The notes: generated by a model not told the origin, from the letters alone. 63,734 nt of DNA, filler included, from Thraustochytrium aureum (GCA_012862495.1; 5 parts of 4 records of this genome joined end to end with filler, not necessarily neighbours in it), one strand, 5' to 3'. Numbered from the whole stretch's first letter, positions 1 through 12,374 are shown. Numbers and translations are program-made.

Positions 1-3000
1 ACGCAACGCCAAGAACAGAGGTCAGAGCGGCTCATGATGATGAGTTACTACGGTCTGGGTTCCCAAGCAATAAATTACACATGGGTTCGGTCATCGAATG
101 CGGGAGCGGCTGTACCTCCCGTATGCTGCCCGCTGCGAGTCACCCAGGTTCGCTCATCGCTCACCATCACATCCGGCCGCCATCAAGTCGGCTGCCGTGG
201 TAGCAGCCAGTGCGCTCGAGAGCAAGCTCCTTCGCAGGCGACAGTCTCGCCAGGTGTGCGCATCTCGCTGGCGGCCCGCTGGTGGCTTGAGCAGCAGCCG
301 TGCGACGCCCTGGCACATGAAATGACATACCCGCTCGCCAGGGCGCCCGGCGCCTGTGGAGCAAGCTGGAGCGTCTCTCCCACCGCTGGGCTACCTCGTT
401 TTCCTTGTGGTGCACGTGCGGAAAAAGGGTGTGCGAAGTGCTGGCGCAAGGCCGCACGTACTTTTTGTTTTGTCACAAGCTGGAGGAGCAGGCGAGCCCT
501 GCAAATGAGCTGCGGCCAGCGGAGCCACACATTCCCGTCCGGCCACTGGGCTACCAGCAGAAAAGTTGACCGCAAGGACGCGTTCAGAAAAGGTAGGTGT
601 GAGACCGGACGGGCTCGCTCGCCTCTTTCCGGCAAGAGTGTCTTGCCTGTCTGTCAGTATGCCTGTCTGTCTGTCTGCATGCCTGTCTGCGTGTCTGAAG
701 AGAGATCATACTTTCACGTGCTGCGACCATGATCGTGGTGATCTTCATGATCATCATGGTGGCGGCCTGGCCGCTCCAGTACTTTTTTTCACGGTGCTCC
801 GTTAGGTACTGGAACCGTGACTGTACTACTACCCACGGATTCTTTCATCTTTCACTGGAAGATCCTGCTTGATGAGGCTGCCGCCGATCGACTCGAGCGA
901 ATCTGGCCGTAGGAACAAGCCCGGCTCGAAAGTTTGGACGACGCGGAGAAGCAAGCGCGGCAAAGCGACGCCAGTGCAAACGCCGCCGGCACAGGCGAAA
1001 ACGCGCAGAAAGAAACGAGTCACATGCGAGCAGTTTGCAAACGCGTTCTGCCTGACGCGCTGTGGGTGAGGGAGCCGTGCGCAGGCGCTGGCTTAGCTCG
1101 ACCAGGGCACAAATCGTTTTGCGTTCTCATTCAGGGAGGTAGGTACGGAAAGGTACGACTCAGCGCTGGCCCCAGTGGCTGCTCTCGAGCTCTCGACGCC
1201 AGCGAGCGGGCTCGCATGTCGTGGCGCCAAGTGGCACTCGCGTTGACGGTACGGCCAAGGAGGATCCTCCTTGGTACGGCGGCACGGCCAAGTGCTCAAC
1301 GCCTGGTTCAGAGAGGCTGATGGATGAGTTCCGCGCGAGCCTGCCCTTGCATTTGTGCCGCCAGTCGGTTTCCGAGCCGGCCATGCCGGCGAAAGTGTTT
1401 GCCAATCTTGGTTGGGAGAGCCTCGTCCGTACACAGGGAGGCGAGATGCGTGCTGTCCGGAAAGACTCGGAAATGTGGAACGGCCACTGGCAAGGCCGGG
1501 GTGCGTGCGCTGTTGGCAAGCACAGCTGTCGTGCATTGGCAAGCTCTCGTCGAGTTGTCCGGGACACGAGCACTGCCCCGCTGCAAATCTGTCCTGGAAT
1601 CTGTCCTCTCTTGCCATCGTCGCCGAGCAAGCCGCGCAAGAACTCGACATGTATGTGTACTACGAATGTGGCCGAAGCGTACTGAGCAGAAGGCAAGTAA
1701 AGTGAGTACTCTTCTCTGTCTGTGTCGCCGTGCCTCTTGATCAAGGAAGAAAAACGAAAGAAAAGGGTGTGCGCAGAGAATGCTCGCTGTTCGCAGTCCT
1801 TGACCATCCGCTTGCCTCTTGATGCGGGCTCGGAAGCACATTCACGGCAGAGGCGGTCGCTGGCCGCGGCTGGCGGAAGTGCACGGACCTTTATTTGCCA
1901 AGGAGGCTTGGCTGTGCAGACTGGCAAACGGCAAGCTGGGTCCGCCTCGGCCCGCTCACGTCGTTGGCTTCAGAAAGCCAACGACGCGAGACGAGATTGT
2001 CAAATGCACCTTTGGCACAAGTGGTTTGTCTGCCAGTGCAGGGGTGGAGGGAGGCGCGGTGCGTGCGAGCGGGGGCACACCTCAATTGGCTCGTTGGTCA
2101 CGGACCCGAGGGGTTCGCGCGCATAAAACTCCTTCGACTCGAGCTTGCACGTCTGGCGTGCGGCACGGTCGCCACGGGGCAGCGAGGCGGTCAAGTGGAT
2201 CTTTGATTTCGAAGAACGCACCACTGCTAATTTCCTGTCGATTGCACCTGGAATGCCAACGCCCGAGTCTTTGCATTTCCTGGGCGCGCAGCGACGCTCG
2301 CAGCCCCGAATAGCCCGGGTCTGTGATGCACGATTCCAAACTTTCGCGTGCTCGAAAGTTTTTCGGCAGTTTGTGCGGTTTAGCGAGACTCGCTTGCGTT
2401 GGGCTTGACCAAATCAAACGAGCTCGGTTGCAAACGCAAAACCTTCCAGCGCCAAGTCTCTTCGCATGTTTTCGATTCGATGCATCTCCAACCAATCAAC
2501 CAACCCACGCGCTTCTTCGCCAAGGCTCCGTCAGCTTGCTGTGGGATATGGCAGTTGTCGGTTGACGAAATTTCAGACGCTCACGTGGACAGCTCGAGGG
2601 AAGCGATTCGCTGGCCTGTTGCCTGGCGGTGCTTTCTGTTCACAAACGTCGCCTCAGTTTTCGAGTGAGTGCCCAGCTTGGAGCCACGACGGAGCCAACG
2701 TCCTGCTCGCGTTGCCACACAAAGAACGATGCCCGGCTGGGCGCCAATTCTATACGTTCCAGGTCTTTCAATTCAAGCCAAGCTGTTTTTTTTTCGGTTT
2801 AAGGGCGATCGCAACTTTCGAGCCATCGGGGCTTCGCATGTCTACTGGTAGCGAGGGCCTGAACCGGACTGGTGCTCTCGTGAGGGTCGCACAAAGCTGT
2901 CACTGCGCGCGCAGTGACAGTGGCCCAGTTCCGAAATCCAGGCCTTTTGCAACCAAAACTCGAACGCGCGGTTGGACGCTCGATTGGCTGAGCGTTGACG

Positions 3001-4566
3001 CGCCGCGCTCGATCGCAAAGCGAAAGCCCGCACCACCTTTGGTGAAGGAAACAAGCGCTCTTGCCAGTCCTTGCGTTGTTGCTGGCCAAGGCAGGACTTG
3101 GGCAAGATCCTTGACGCACGCAAACTTCTTGCTTCTTGCTTTTTGGGATGCCATCTATTTATTGAAGATAGACTAGTCGAAGGGCCTCGGCGAATCGCCA
3201 GCGAGGATTCGTCGCCGACTCGGCTCGCCCAAGCACGGCGATCGAGCCGGCAATGCCCACTATTCTCCTCGCACGCTGGCTGCAAAAGGGTCCGCAGTCA
3301 AAAGACGTGCAAGCGAATGGGCGTGCTGGCGAAGAGAAATGACAAAGCAAAGAAGGGCTCGCGGCGGGAAAAGGCATTTCTTTGATTGATTGAACAGATC
3401 AGAAAATGCGTCCACGCGCAGCCAGCAAGGTTTTAGTCGAAAAAGACGCAAGATTTTGATTGCCATTTTTTCAATTATTTTTAGAAAAAAGAACGTAATC
3501 AAGCGGCGAACTGTGAAAGGCACGGCAGTCGACGCACCTTGGCTTTGTGACCATGTTTGCTGCGAATTTGCTGCGAACTGTCATGGCAACTGAAACCAAA
3601 TCAGAATTCAGAAATCGTGATGGCCGACAAACGCGACTGGGCATCAACGGCGCGTTGCTTTCGATTTCACGCCACCACTTCTAGGCGGTCGACGGACGCT
3701 CCGTTGGTGCTTGCTTGCCTTTCGTCTTGCTCCCTTGTCCAAGCCGCGCCACGCTTGGGTGGTCAATGGAACGAGGCATCTTGAGTGCCGCGTTTCCCTT
3801 TGCCGATCCTTTGAAGACCAGCCCAAAAAGTTGGCGCACGCCACGCACGATCACTCCAACACGTGCGGCTTGCTAGTGGGTCCGCTGCCGTTGATTGATT
3901 CCCTCGTTGCTCAACTCGTGCCGTGAGTCGGCGGACGCGTTGACAGAGTCCAGAGGCAGGAATCAAACGGAAAAAGTGTGAATTCGAGCGGCACGAGATT
4001 CTCGAGTGAATTCTTGGGGTCACTCTCTCTCTCTCCACGACCTTGTGTGAGTTGAGCCACGGCTTCGGCCACGCCTCCGCTTCGATCGCGCTTCGGACTG
4101 TCTGCTGCAGGGAGGCAGGTTTAAGACGTGGCCCAGCTTTGGCAGTGCTCCGAACAGAGCAGCAGCCTGCGCTGCTGATTGTCAGCCAGCAGAGCACTCT
4201 TTCGTGTTTTATTTTGTTTTTCGCTCAACTTGCTTGGAACTCATTCCAACTCCCGCCGGCCGCGTTCTGCATTCTGTCATCACTCTTTTGTTTGCCGAGC
4301 TAGGTAGAGCAAGCCCGCCTGCAGCGCGCGCATGCACATCCGTCCCACCTCGAGCTCCAAGCCCTGCGCCTCCGCCTCGAGCAAGCTGTTCTGCTCCTCG
4401 CTCGAAGAGCACCGCGGCGCCATCCAACGAAAAGCAAGCCCACCTTCCTACCACAATCACGTGGCCGGTCCATCTTTCAGCTGGGACGCAGCAGGCTGAT
4501 GAGAGTCACACATTTTCCATTTTTTTAGGTGAAGACCAAAGGAAAGGCCGGCTGTTGCTGTGAGTG

Positions 4567-4575
4567 GGCTGGCTG

Positions 4576-4609
<34 letters not shown>

Positions 4610-4619
4610 GCTGGCTGGC
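4567..4619 (+). repeat. (GGCT)n microsatellite
   Basis: About 12 GGCT units with two 1-nt interruptions. The same motif occurs as (AGCC)n at 30957-30997. Confidence 0.9.
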
Positions 4620-7600
4620 AGCAAGCAAATCTGCTGGCTGCAGATCGTCAGCGCAGCCGCATCGCATTCAATCAACGGGCTGCCGCGGGTTTGCCAGCAT
4701 GATGTCGGTGGCGGTGTTAGGTCACCGCTGGCACCTCATCTCACACTTCGCTCCACCTTAGAGCGTAGTAGAACAAGATTTTTCATTCACACTTTCCCAA
4801 ACTCCTTCCCAAGAAGTAGGTACTCAACCACGTGGGACGGGTTTTGGTTTCGGGGCCGACGGCGCGCTGCGCAAGGCCCGGAGAGCGCGAGGACGCGAAT
4901 ACCGACCTCGCTGGCGCGCGTTTGAGAAGGCTAGCCTGCCTCCGTTGGCAGGCTGACGGTTGCTGGCGGAAGATCGGGCTCCGCACGAACGGGTGCCAGC
5001 TCCGTCCGACGAGGACGACTGCCGCATAGTCGCGCGTCACGTCATCGATTTCACCACGGCTTTTGATTACCGCCTACTCAGTACAGTAGAGTAGCACCGA
5101 GGGGCCAGTTTTGTCCATCCTCGTTGGACGGTGGACCGGACGACGACGTCGCAGCCACCCTTCTCAAGTCGTAGTTCAGCGCCCCCGAAGGATGATGATC
5201 ATCATCATCATCCTCATCTCAACGGTGGCCGAGCACCCCAACGGTGCCGCTATTCCCGTCAGTCTGTCCGGCCGCTGTCTCGACAGTGCGACAGTACAAG
5301 GAGAGGAGCAAACGGCTGCTCAACGCGGAGTGCGACTTGCAGGCGTTGGAGTTGCAGGTTGGCCGCGAAAATGAAGCGTCCCTCGGTCGTTCGGCAAAGG
5401 TGATGATGAGGCTCGCGTGGGGTTGGCTGCCTTTCCATGCCCCGTGCGCGAACCAGGAAACCATTCCCAACTTTGGAATTGGCAAAAGCAACGAGGATTG
5501 GCGACAGATCCATCCATTCGCTTCTCATGTCGAGAGTCCCTCTCGGAAACGAGAACCCCATCAAGGCCCCTCACGGCACGTCGACAGCCGTTGGTCGGCC
5601 CCTCACAGCACGCTGCTCGCTGCTTCGTACGTCGCCCAAGTCGGATCCACCTTCGCAAGACCAGGTCTCCCTCCGCACGGGGCCGTTCTCGTCACGTGGG
5701 CCGGCAACGTCACGTTCAACGAGGAAAAGCGCAGACCTGAAACCGGCGGTTGCTGGCGTCCGGCGCGTGCCTGCAGGCAACCCGAGAGGAGAGGTGGTTC
5801 ACGGCCCTAGTCGGAGGCGCTGAGGAGGCTGCCCGTCGACTTGCTCTGCCCCCAAGCAAAGGGGGGATTCGGACCATGGACTGTGGACGCTGCTCACTTG
5901 GATGGGGAGAGGAGGAGAGGGGTGCTCTGTCCACATGCAATCGTTTTCTGTTGAGCGAGGCTGCTGCAAGAGGCGCCAGGCTGCGGCGCGCGCGCGAGGC
6001 GGAGAAGAGACAGACGTTGGGACACTGGGTGTCTGTCTGTCTGTCCGTCTGTCTGTGAGAAAGGGCGGAAATAATAGCTCTCACGGCGTGGGACGGCGTG
6101 AAGAAACTTGCCTTTGAAGGACCTGAAGACAAGGAGGATCCTCCTTGCTGAAGAGTTGACTTTTGGGGCGCGGCAGAACGTGCTGGGGACAGACGGATTC
6201 GCACGTGCCAATCGAGCGTCCCACTCCGTGTTGTCCATGTAGACACGCTTGGCAGTGATGCTCCGCCGCGCTGGACGGCAGCGCATGGAACCGCCAGTCA
6301 AAGTGCTGGCTGATAGGCTCCCGACTTTTGTGCTGTTCCGTTTGCTTTGAATGAGACTTCGATGCGACGCCGATCCTGCCCCGCCGCAAATGGCCTTCAC
6401 CTTTGGTCCGCAGCATACGACCTCAAGGAAGACTCTTGGCGAGAACGGGTTGGCGAGAACGGGGAAAACAGTAGCCGCGTGTCTCTCGTCTGTGGTCCAT
6501 GTGGAAACCGCCCAGCGGCCTCAGCTTGCGTGATAGCGTGCAAACATTTGTCGGGCTGCACTTGAGCAGACGCATGCGGCGTCGAAAGGTTTGTCGGCCA
6601 TGGACAAGCGCGCGGCAAGGCTGCAGTGGCGGCCGCCGGCAAAATGTGCTGGCCTGCAACTCCATCCGATCGACAGCATTCGCTTTCATTCGAGAATCCC
6701 ACCCCACCACGGTGGTCCAAGCAATCAAAATCATCAACCGGACCTCCCGTCTTTCAGCGCAGCGCAGCGCAGAGTAGGCCTAACAACCCAACCGTGGAGT
6801 ACATCGACCGGACTCAACGGCCATAAAAAAGGAAAGACAAGGGCCCTACAGCTCCACTTGACGGCGGGCAGCAATGTCCCTGAGGCCTGCACGTTGCGTT
6901 GCGCCATTCTCCGTCGAAGCGGCGCTCGGCAACAGGCACGCGGTGCAGTTTGCCGGCTGGCCTTCTGCGGTAGGCGAGCGGAATGCTCGGCGACGCGCAT
7001 TCATTTCACGTGTTCTCAAGATCAAGCTTACCCTAAAAAAGTGCGCAGAGACGCGACGCTGCAGAGGTGCAGGCGGCCACTGCCCCGCTCGTACCTTGCG
7101 CTTGCACGTGTTTCGAAAAGAGCCCGCCGAGGTTGGGCGCGCGCGGCCCGGGCCGGCGGCCCGACGTCGACAAAAGTTGTAGATCCAGGTATCGTACAGT
7201 GAACCGATAGAGTAAGAAGAAGGAGGTCAAAAGAAGTCGAGTTTTTTATTTCTGCCCTTCTTTTTTTAGGGTAAAAAAGTCAAGAGAAGGCCAAAGTTCG
7301 TGAAAATTCGACAAAATTTCCAGCTTTTTTCTTTTTTCTGCACATAGGAGGAGGTACCTTCGGTAGGGGCAGACTCCAGGCTCGGCACATGACCAGCGGC
7401 GGCATACCGTCCCGCACGACAAGGACTGCATCCTCGGACTTGCGCCGCCGGCGTGTCCCGTACTCTGTCAGCTTGGCTTGCGCGCTGTTCGCGGTTGTTG
7501 GCGGCTGGCCCGCTCATGAAAACGTTCAAGTTAAACCGTACGCTCGCTGAACCTGGCTTTTTACTTGGCAGAGGGCTCTGCCTGCGCGTGCTGCACCTGG

Positions 7601-8656
7601 CTTCCAATTGGCTTTCGCCAATCAAATGAGCACGAGCTCAACGTGCGCCAGTCTCGATCAGCGACCGGCCCGCATAACAGAACAGCACCGCCAGAGCTAC
7701 CTCCGAGGCGAGGTACTCTACCTACCAACCTCCGAGGCTCCACACTGGTGATGAGCCCAGGGAGGTGGTTGAGGCGAGGCAGGAGCAGCCTGCCTCCATC
7801 CTCCCGTGGGGCCGGGCCCCAACGTTGACGCGTGTCATGCAAGCTCCAGCCCCGAACCGGCTTCGAACCGGCTTCAACAAGTACAAGGATGTACTCGAGT
7901 AGAGAGTACTGTCGCTTCCGGGCTTCCCAGTGCGGTTTGAATCCAATGAAACCGACCGAGCGCACAACCAAGACACCCACTTGCAGACACCACAGGCAAC
8001 AAGAAAAGAAGCCAATTTTTCAATTGAATGCATCTGGCAGAGCGCCAGGGTCCGGTCAGGCGGCATTCCGACGTACAGGGCGCATGTTGGTTTCAAAGCA
8101 GGTATGGCGTTGTGTTTTTTTGCTTTGGGGGGGAGGGGAGCGGAGGCGCATTGGAGAACGAATCGGTACTTACTCTACGCTCCCATCCTTGCTTTGAGGC
8201 CGACTGGCGCAGCTGCACCACTTGCGGTCCTGCTCCCAAACCGGCCGCAAACCGAGTCGCAAACCGAGTCAGTCTTGCTGCGCGCTTGCAATTCAAAAAC
8301 CTCGCTTGCGCCAACTGGCATGCGCGAGCGCAGCCCGCGTTTGCAAAAGAGGCCACGTTTGCAAAAGAGGCCACCGGCGCCAAACCGTGAGCCTTCGCCC
8401 ACTCCTGCCCGCCCGCGCGCGACAGTACAAGTTGTCAAACCAACGCCCACGGTGGGTGGCCCGTGGCCCAACGACGCAAGCCAGAATTCACTGACCCCAC
8501 CAGGAGAGTCGTTTGCGAGCCACAGTTCACGGCCAGTCTCGCGCGAGACGAGTGCGTTTCCGGCTTTGGGTCGGATGGAGATCGTTCGGTTCGTTCAATT
8601 CGCCCGCGCGTGCGAAGCGCAACGAGAGATCTCGGCAGCGATATCGCGCAAATGCA

Positions 8657-10053
8657 ATGTGCACGCACACCATGTTCACAGACTCGAGTCGGCGGCGGCG
8701 TGGCAGCGATCAGGTCGGGCGCTGGCGCGCTCGCAGCAAGGCGCCGGGCTCGAGGCGCTCCTGGATGAGTCGCCGCTCGTCGACGCGCTCGACGAGCAGC
8801 AAGCGCAAAGGGTCCGTGGAAAGCGCGTTTTCAGACACGATGGAGAAGGGCAGGTCCAACAGCGCTGCGCGGCGCAGGCAGCGCGCAGACAAGGACGCGC
8901 GATGGACGTACGCCGCTGTAACGGCAGGCGCCTCGATGCTGCTCCTTGTCACCAAGGACAGCTCGCTGCAGACCAACTTTGGCGCTCTTGCGGGCCCCGT
9001 CGCGCTGTTCAGCGCCATGGACGCCGCCAGCAGCCGGCTGCGTAAGCCGTTGCGGTCGCATGTAGAAACGGGCCTCGTGTCTGCTGCTTTCGCGATGGCT
9101 GCTGCGGGCCTCGCGGGCGTGCGATTCGGCCACTGGGACCTGATCGCCCTCAACGTGGCAGGCGCGTTCCTGTCGGGGTTTTGCCGCGTCATGCGAGAGC
9201 ACCACCAGGTGCACACTGGGGAGACGCTGGAGATGCTCGGGCTGTTCCAGGGCGTCTTTTGCGGCGTGTTTACCAGCTTTTCTGGGCTTGCCGTCGCGGC
9301 CGCCACCGACTCGCGCGGCCTGGGCCACGGCCTTGCATACTACTTGCTGACTCTGGTGCTCGGCGCCCTGGCGACAGAGGCCGGCATGCGATCCGGAGGC
9401 CAGATCGGCGAGGCGCTTCTCCTGCCACGANNNNNNNNNNNNNNNNNNNNNNNNNNNNNNNNNNNNNNNNNNNNNNNNNNNNNNNNNNNNNNNNNNNNNN
9501 NNNNNNNNNNNNNNNNNNNNNNNNNNNNNNNNNNNNNCTGGTCTATGTTGGCAGCCCCCCAAGCGCGCTGCGGCCGCAACTTGCAAGCTCGTACCTGTTT
9601 TCCTTCCTCGGCGTGGAGCTAGGCAACGCCGTCGACGTTCTAGAGGACACTCTCATTCAGGACTTTGCTTCGAATGCGCTTGCTGTCCTCTTAGCCACCA
9701 CTGCGCTCCAGGGCTGCTCTAGCCGGTTCATGCGACGCCCAGGGCGCGCGCCACTGATCCCGTGTGGCACGCTGGTGGAATCGGAGTTTGAAAGCTCATT
9801 CTGCGGCGCAGTTTCCTCCTTCTGCGGCTCCGCCGCGGCAGTGCATGGGCTTTTCCGTGCGCTTTTGCCCGAAGACGTCGCGGAAGACCTCTACTTGAAC
9901 CACAAGCTCGTCGGGTCAAATGCGATGCGCGCTGTGCTTGGCGCTGTTGAGACCTCGCAGCGCCCTCGGGAGACGTTGCGGCACGCCGTGCGCATTCTCG
10001 CCGATCTCGGCCTGGTTTTGTCCGTGGCCGTCGTGGCCAAGCTGCAGGCGTAA
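8657..10053 (+). CDS. Fluc/CrcB-duplicated membrane protein, probable FEX-type fluoride exporter (spans N gap 9431-9537; start uncertain, 8657 or 8672)
   Basis: Hydrophobic ORF with two Fluc-like motif sets: GLAGVRFG...IALNVAGAFLSG...GVFCGVFTSFSGL before the gap and DFASNALAVLL...SSFCGAVSSFCGS after it. These match the Fluc NxxG and GxxGGxTTFSTF signatures. Stop TAA at 10051-10053. Confidence 0.55.
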
Positions 10054-10542
10054 TTCATTCACGTAAACATCTCCTCTGTGAGCTCAAGCGGCCTGCTCTT
10101 ATCTTATCCGTTCCAGCAATTTCTAATCACAGGCGCGTGATCCAGCAGTGACATGAGTTTTCAACCTTCACGACGGCGCCAAACCACCTACTACTAGCTA
10201 GTATTGCATTCGTCTTGATTGATCAAGCACGATTCTGTGCTGCTGATGGAAGTCGTAGCGAGGGCGACTCTGTGATGGCACGCATGATCAGCAGAGTTTC
10301 GTTCGGGCAACAGAAAGCGCCTGGCCGGATTGGCTACAGGAGAGCTCGCTGAACACTCATGTCACAACGTCCTGCTCAGCTGACGACGGCCTTTGCCAAC
10401 ACATGAAATGACGTTGAGGCTGTGCTTGTGCTTGATCAAGTTCAAGAACAAGTGAGCGGGTTCGCTCTCCCCGTGTTTTCGCCCTTTCATTGTAATGTAT
10501 CCTCTCCACCAACCAAGCCGAGTGGTCGAGAGAGACCTGGGC

Positions 10543-10649
10543 GCGGTAATGGTCTAATGGTTATGATAAGCGTTTCCCACACGGAACTAAGGGGTATCGA
10601 GACCTCATGGAGCTAGTGCTTGATCCGGGTTCGATTCCCGGTTACCGCT
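10543..10649 (+). tRNA. tRNA-Gly-CCC: tRNA-Gly (anticodon CCC) with a 35-nt intron (10580-10614)
   Basis: Acceptor stem GCGGTAA/TTACCGC; A-box-like TGGTCTAATGG; anticodon arm AGCGT-TT-CCC-A; 4-nt variable loop TGAT; T arm CCGGG-TTCGATT-CCCGG; T-runs immediately downstream. The intron 3' end GGAG can pair with U32-U33-C34-C35, leaving a 3-nt bulge as in canonical 37/38 introns. Confidence 0.9.
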
Positions 10650-10661
10650 TTTGGCTTTTTT
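10649..10661 (+). terminator. RNA polymerase III oligo-T terminator of the tRNA gene
   Basis: TTTT-GGC-TTTTTT directly after the tRNA 3' end. Confidence 0.6.
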
Positions 10662-10856
10662 CGCTGTTCTGTCGCCCCTTCTTTTTCGCACCTTGCCCGC
10701 CCAAACGCATGCATGTTGCCATCGTTCATCGTTTCTTTTCACTACGTTTTCCGGTACGGGGGTATCCGAGCTCGCGAGAGCTGGCAGAGCAAGGCCGAGC
10801 CAGTTGGCGAATGCGCTGGCAGCCGATTTATCTTCTTGAGCTGGCTGAAGCTAGCT

Positions 10857-12374
10857 CTAGCTAGACTCCCCGACCGCGAGTTGCCCGACAGGCGCGAAAT
10901 AATTGTCAATGAGCTCGAGCTCGATGCGCAACGAAGCGCTCGGAGGCACGACCGGGGGCCGCCCCTTCGCGCCATATGCCTGCTCTGGCGCCAAGCTGAG
11001 GACAGACCGCTGGCCCCGGGACATTTTCCGAATTGCAAGGTCGAGCCCAGGAACGACGTGGCGAGCGCCGACGAGAAAGTCAAACGGGCGCCCCATCGCG
11101 CGACTGGACTGAACCACCGTGCCGTCCGCGAGTGCGGCAACATAGTGGACGAGCGCGAATTGTCCCTTGCGTGGCATGTTCTTGCCGTCCCCAGGAAAGA
11201 CAACCTCGATCTCGACGCCTGGAATCTCGTCCACGTCTGCGAGGCTGTCGAACTCACTGTCAAGGTCCGACTCGTCATCGCCAGAGTCCTCGGGCCCTAT
11301 GCCGGTGGCAGCAGACACGCGGCGCTGCTGGTTTTGCCCCTCGTCGCTGCCCACACTGTGCTGGCCGTCGTCGCCGTCGCCCTCCTCGACGTCGATATGG
11401 CTTGCCTGGCTACCTTCCTCGACGTCGTCGCCGGCGGCGGCGGCCCTATTGGAATTGTCGCGGATGTTGTCAAGATCGTCGAGGTCGCGCGTGAAAGGGT
11501 CAAAGACCTCGTGCGCGCGCCGATAGTCGAGGACGGCCAAGTACAGCGGTTCCCTGTACCGTTTCTTGATTCCCAGCTCGTCAATGTCAGCCTCATGCAT
11601 CGCGCAGACCGCCTCCATGTCGTCGAATCCCTCATCCAGGAGGCTTTCCAGCAGGTTTTCGAGGTTGTGCGCTCTGAGAAAGGCCGCCACCTCCTTCTCG
11701 CCTTGTAGCTGACGCTTTGACGCGCGGTAGGCCAGCTCTTGCTCGGTTTCGACGTCGCCAAGCTTGGCCTCTCTCGCGGCGGTCTTTCCTTCAGCCCCGA
11801 ATGCGCCCTCGTAATAGTCACTCTTGCCCTCGCCCAGGTCGTGTGCGAGGCTGTCGTAGTCGTCGGCCTGGAGAGCGAAGTCGAAGGTGTCGTCAATGCC
11901 TTGGACTGGCCCAGAGCCCAGCAGCGCCGGGCGCGTCCACGAGCTCTCCCCTGTGCGCGAATTGTAGTAAAAGACGTTGCCCTCTTCGTCAAAGCTCTTG
12001 ACGTAGATGGTGGCGAGGAGTTCGCGGAGCCGTCTGCGCGCATGGCGTGTGCGGAAGAGGCCTTGGATGAGCCGAGCAGCGTCCTCCTCCGTCATCGAGC
12101 TCGCCGTTCGAAGCAGCCCCAGCTCGCGTTTGCGCTCCTGGGCCTCCAGGCGCTTGCGCCCGCGCGGCGTCAGAAGCTGCACATTGCCGACAATCTTTGG
12201 CCTCTCCCACGTGCTCTGGCCCGTTCGTGTATTGAAAAAGTAGACAGCCCCGGAGGACTCGTCTAGAATCTCTTCAATCGCGAGCTGCGCGGCCTTGGCC
12301 AGCTGCCGCCTCGCCCTTCGGCGTCGCAGCAAGGACTGGACTTTGACGGCGGCCTCCTCCTCGTTCATGCCCAT
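10857..12374 (-). CDS. IQ-WW-IQ-WW-SAM-FKBP multidomain protein (C-terminal FKBP-type peptidyl-prolyl isomerase)
   Basis: ATG at 12374 (MGMNEEE). IQ motifs KVQSLLRRRRARRQL and LIQGLFRTRHARRRL; WW-like GAVYFFNTRTGQSTWERP and GNVFYYNSRTGESSWTRP; SAM-like VAAFLRAHNLENL...GFDDMEAV...DIDELGIK; FKBP GVEIEVVFPGDG...VHYVAALADG...SSR...PF...VVPGLD...PEQAYGAKGRPPVVPPSASLRIELEL. Confidence 0.9.
   Translation of the reverse strand: MGMNEEEAAVKVQSLLRRRRARRQLAKAAQLAIEEILDESSGAVYFFNTRTGQSTWERPKIVGNVQLLTPRGRKRLEAQERKRELGLLRTASSMTEEDAARLIQGLFRTRHARRRLRELLATIYVKSFDEEGNVFYYNSRTGESSWTRPALLGSGPVQGIDDTFDFALQADDYDSLAHDLGEGKSDYYEGAFGAEGKTAAREAKLGDVETEQELAYRASKRQLQGEKEVAAFLRAHNLENLLESLLDEGFDDMEAVCAMHEADIDELGIKKRYREPLYLAVLDYRRAHEVFDPFTRDLDDLDNIRDNSNRAAAAGDDVEEGSQASHIDVEEGDGDDGQHSVGSDEGQNQQRRVSAATGIGPEDSGDDESDLDSEFDSLADVDEIPGVEIEVVFPGDGKNMPRKGQFALVHYVAALADGTVVQSSRAMGRPFDFLVGARHVVPGLDLAIRKMSRGQRSVLSLAPEQAYGAKGRPPVVPPSASLRIELELIDNYFAPVGQLAVGESS

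Noticed and set aside
34..8500. Many 60-370 aa ORFs in the ORF track
   Set aside because: Arg/Ser/Ala/Cys-rich, overlapping in all frames, mostly non-ATG starts and no motifs; expected shadows in GC-rich DNA.
10620..11708. 362-aa plus-strand ORF, and similar long antisense ORFs over the UCH, vWA, kinase and SYLF genes
   Set aside because: Antisense shadows of real genes caused by GC3-rich codon usage; no independent motifs.
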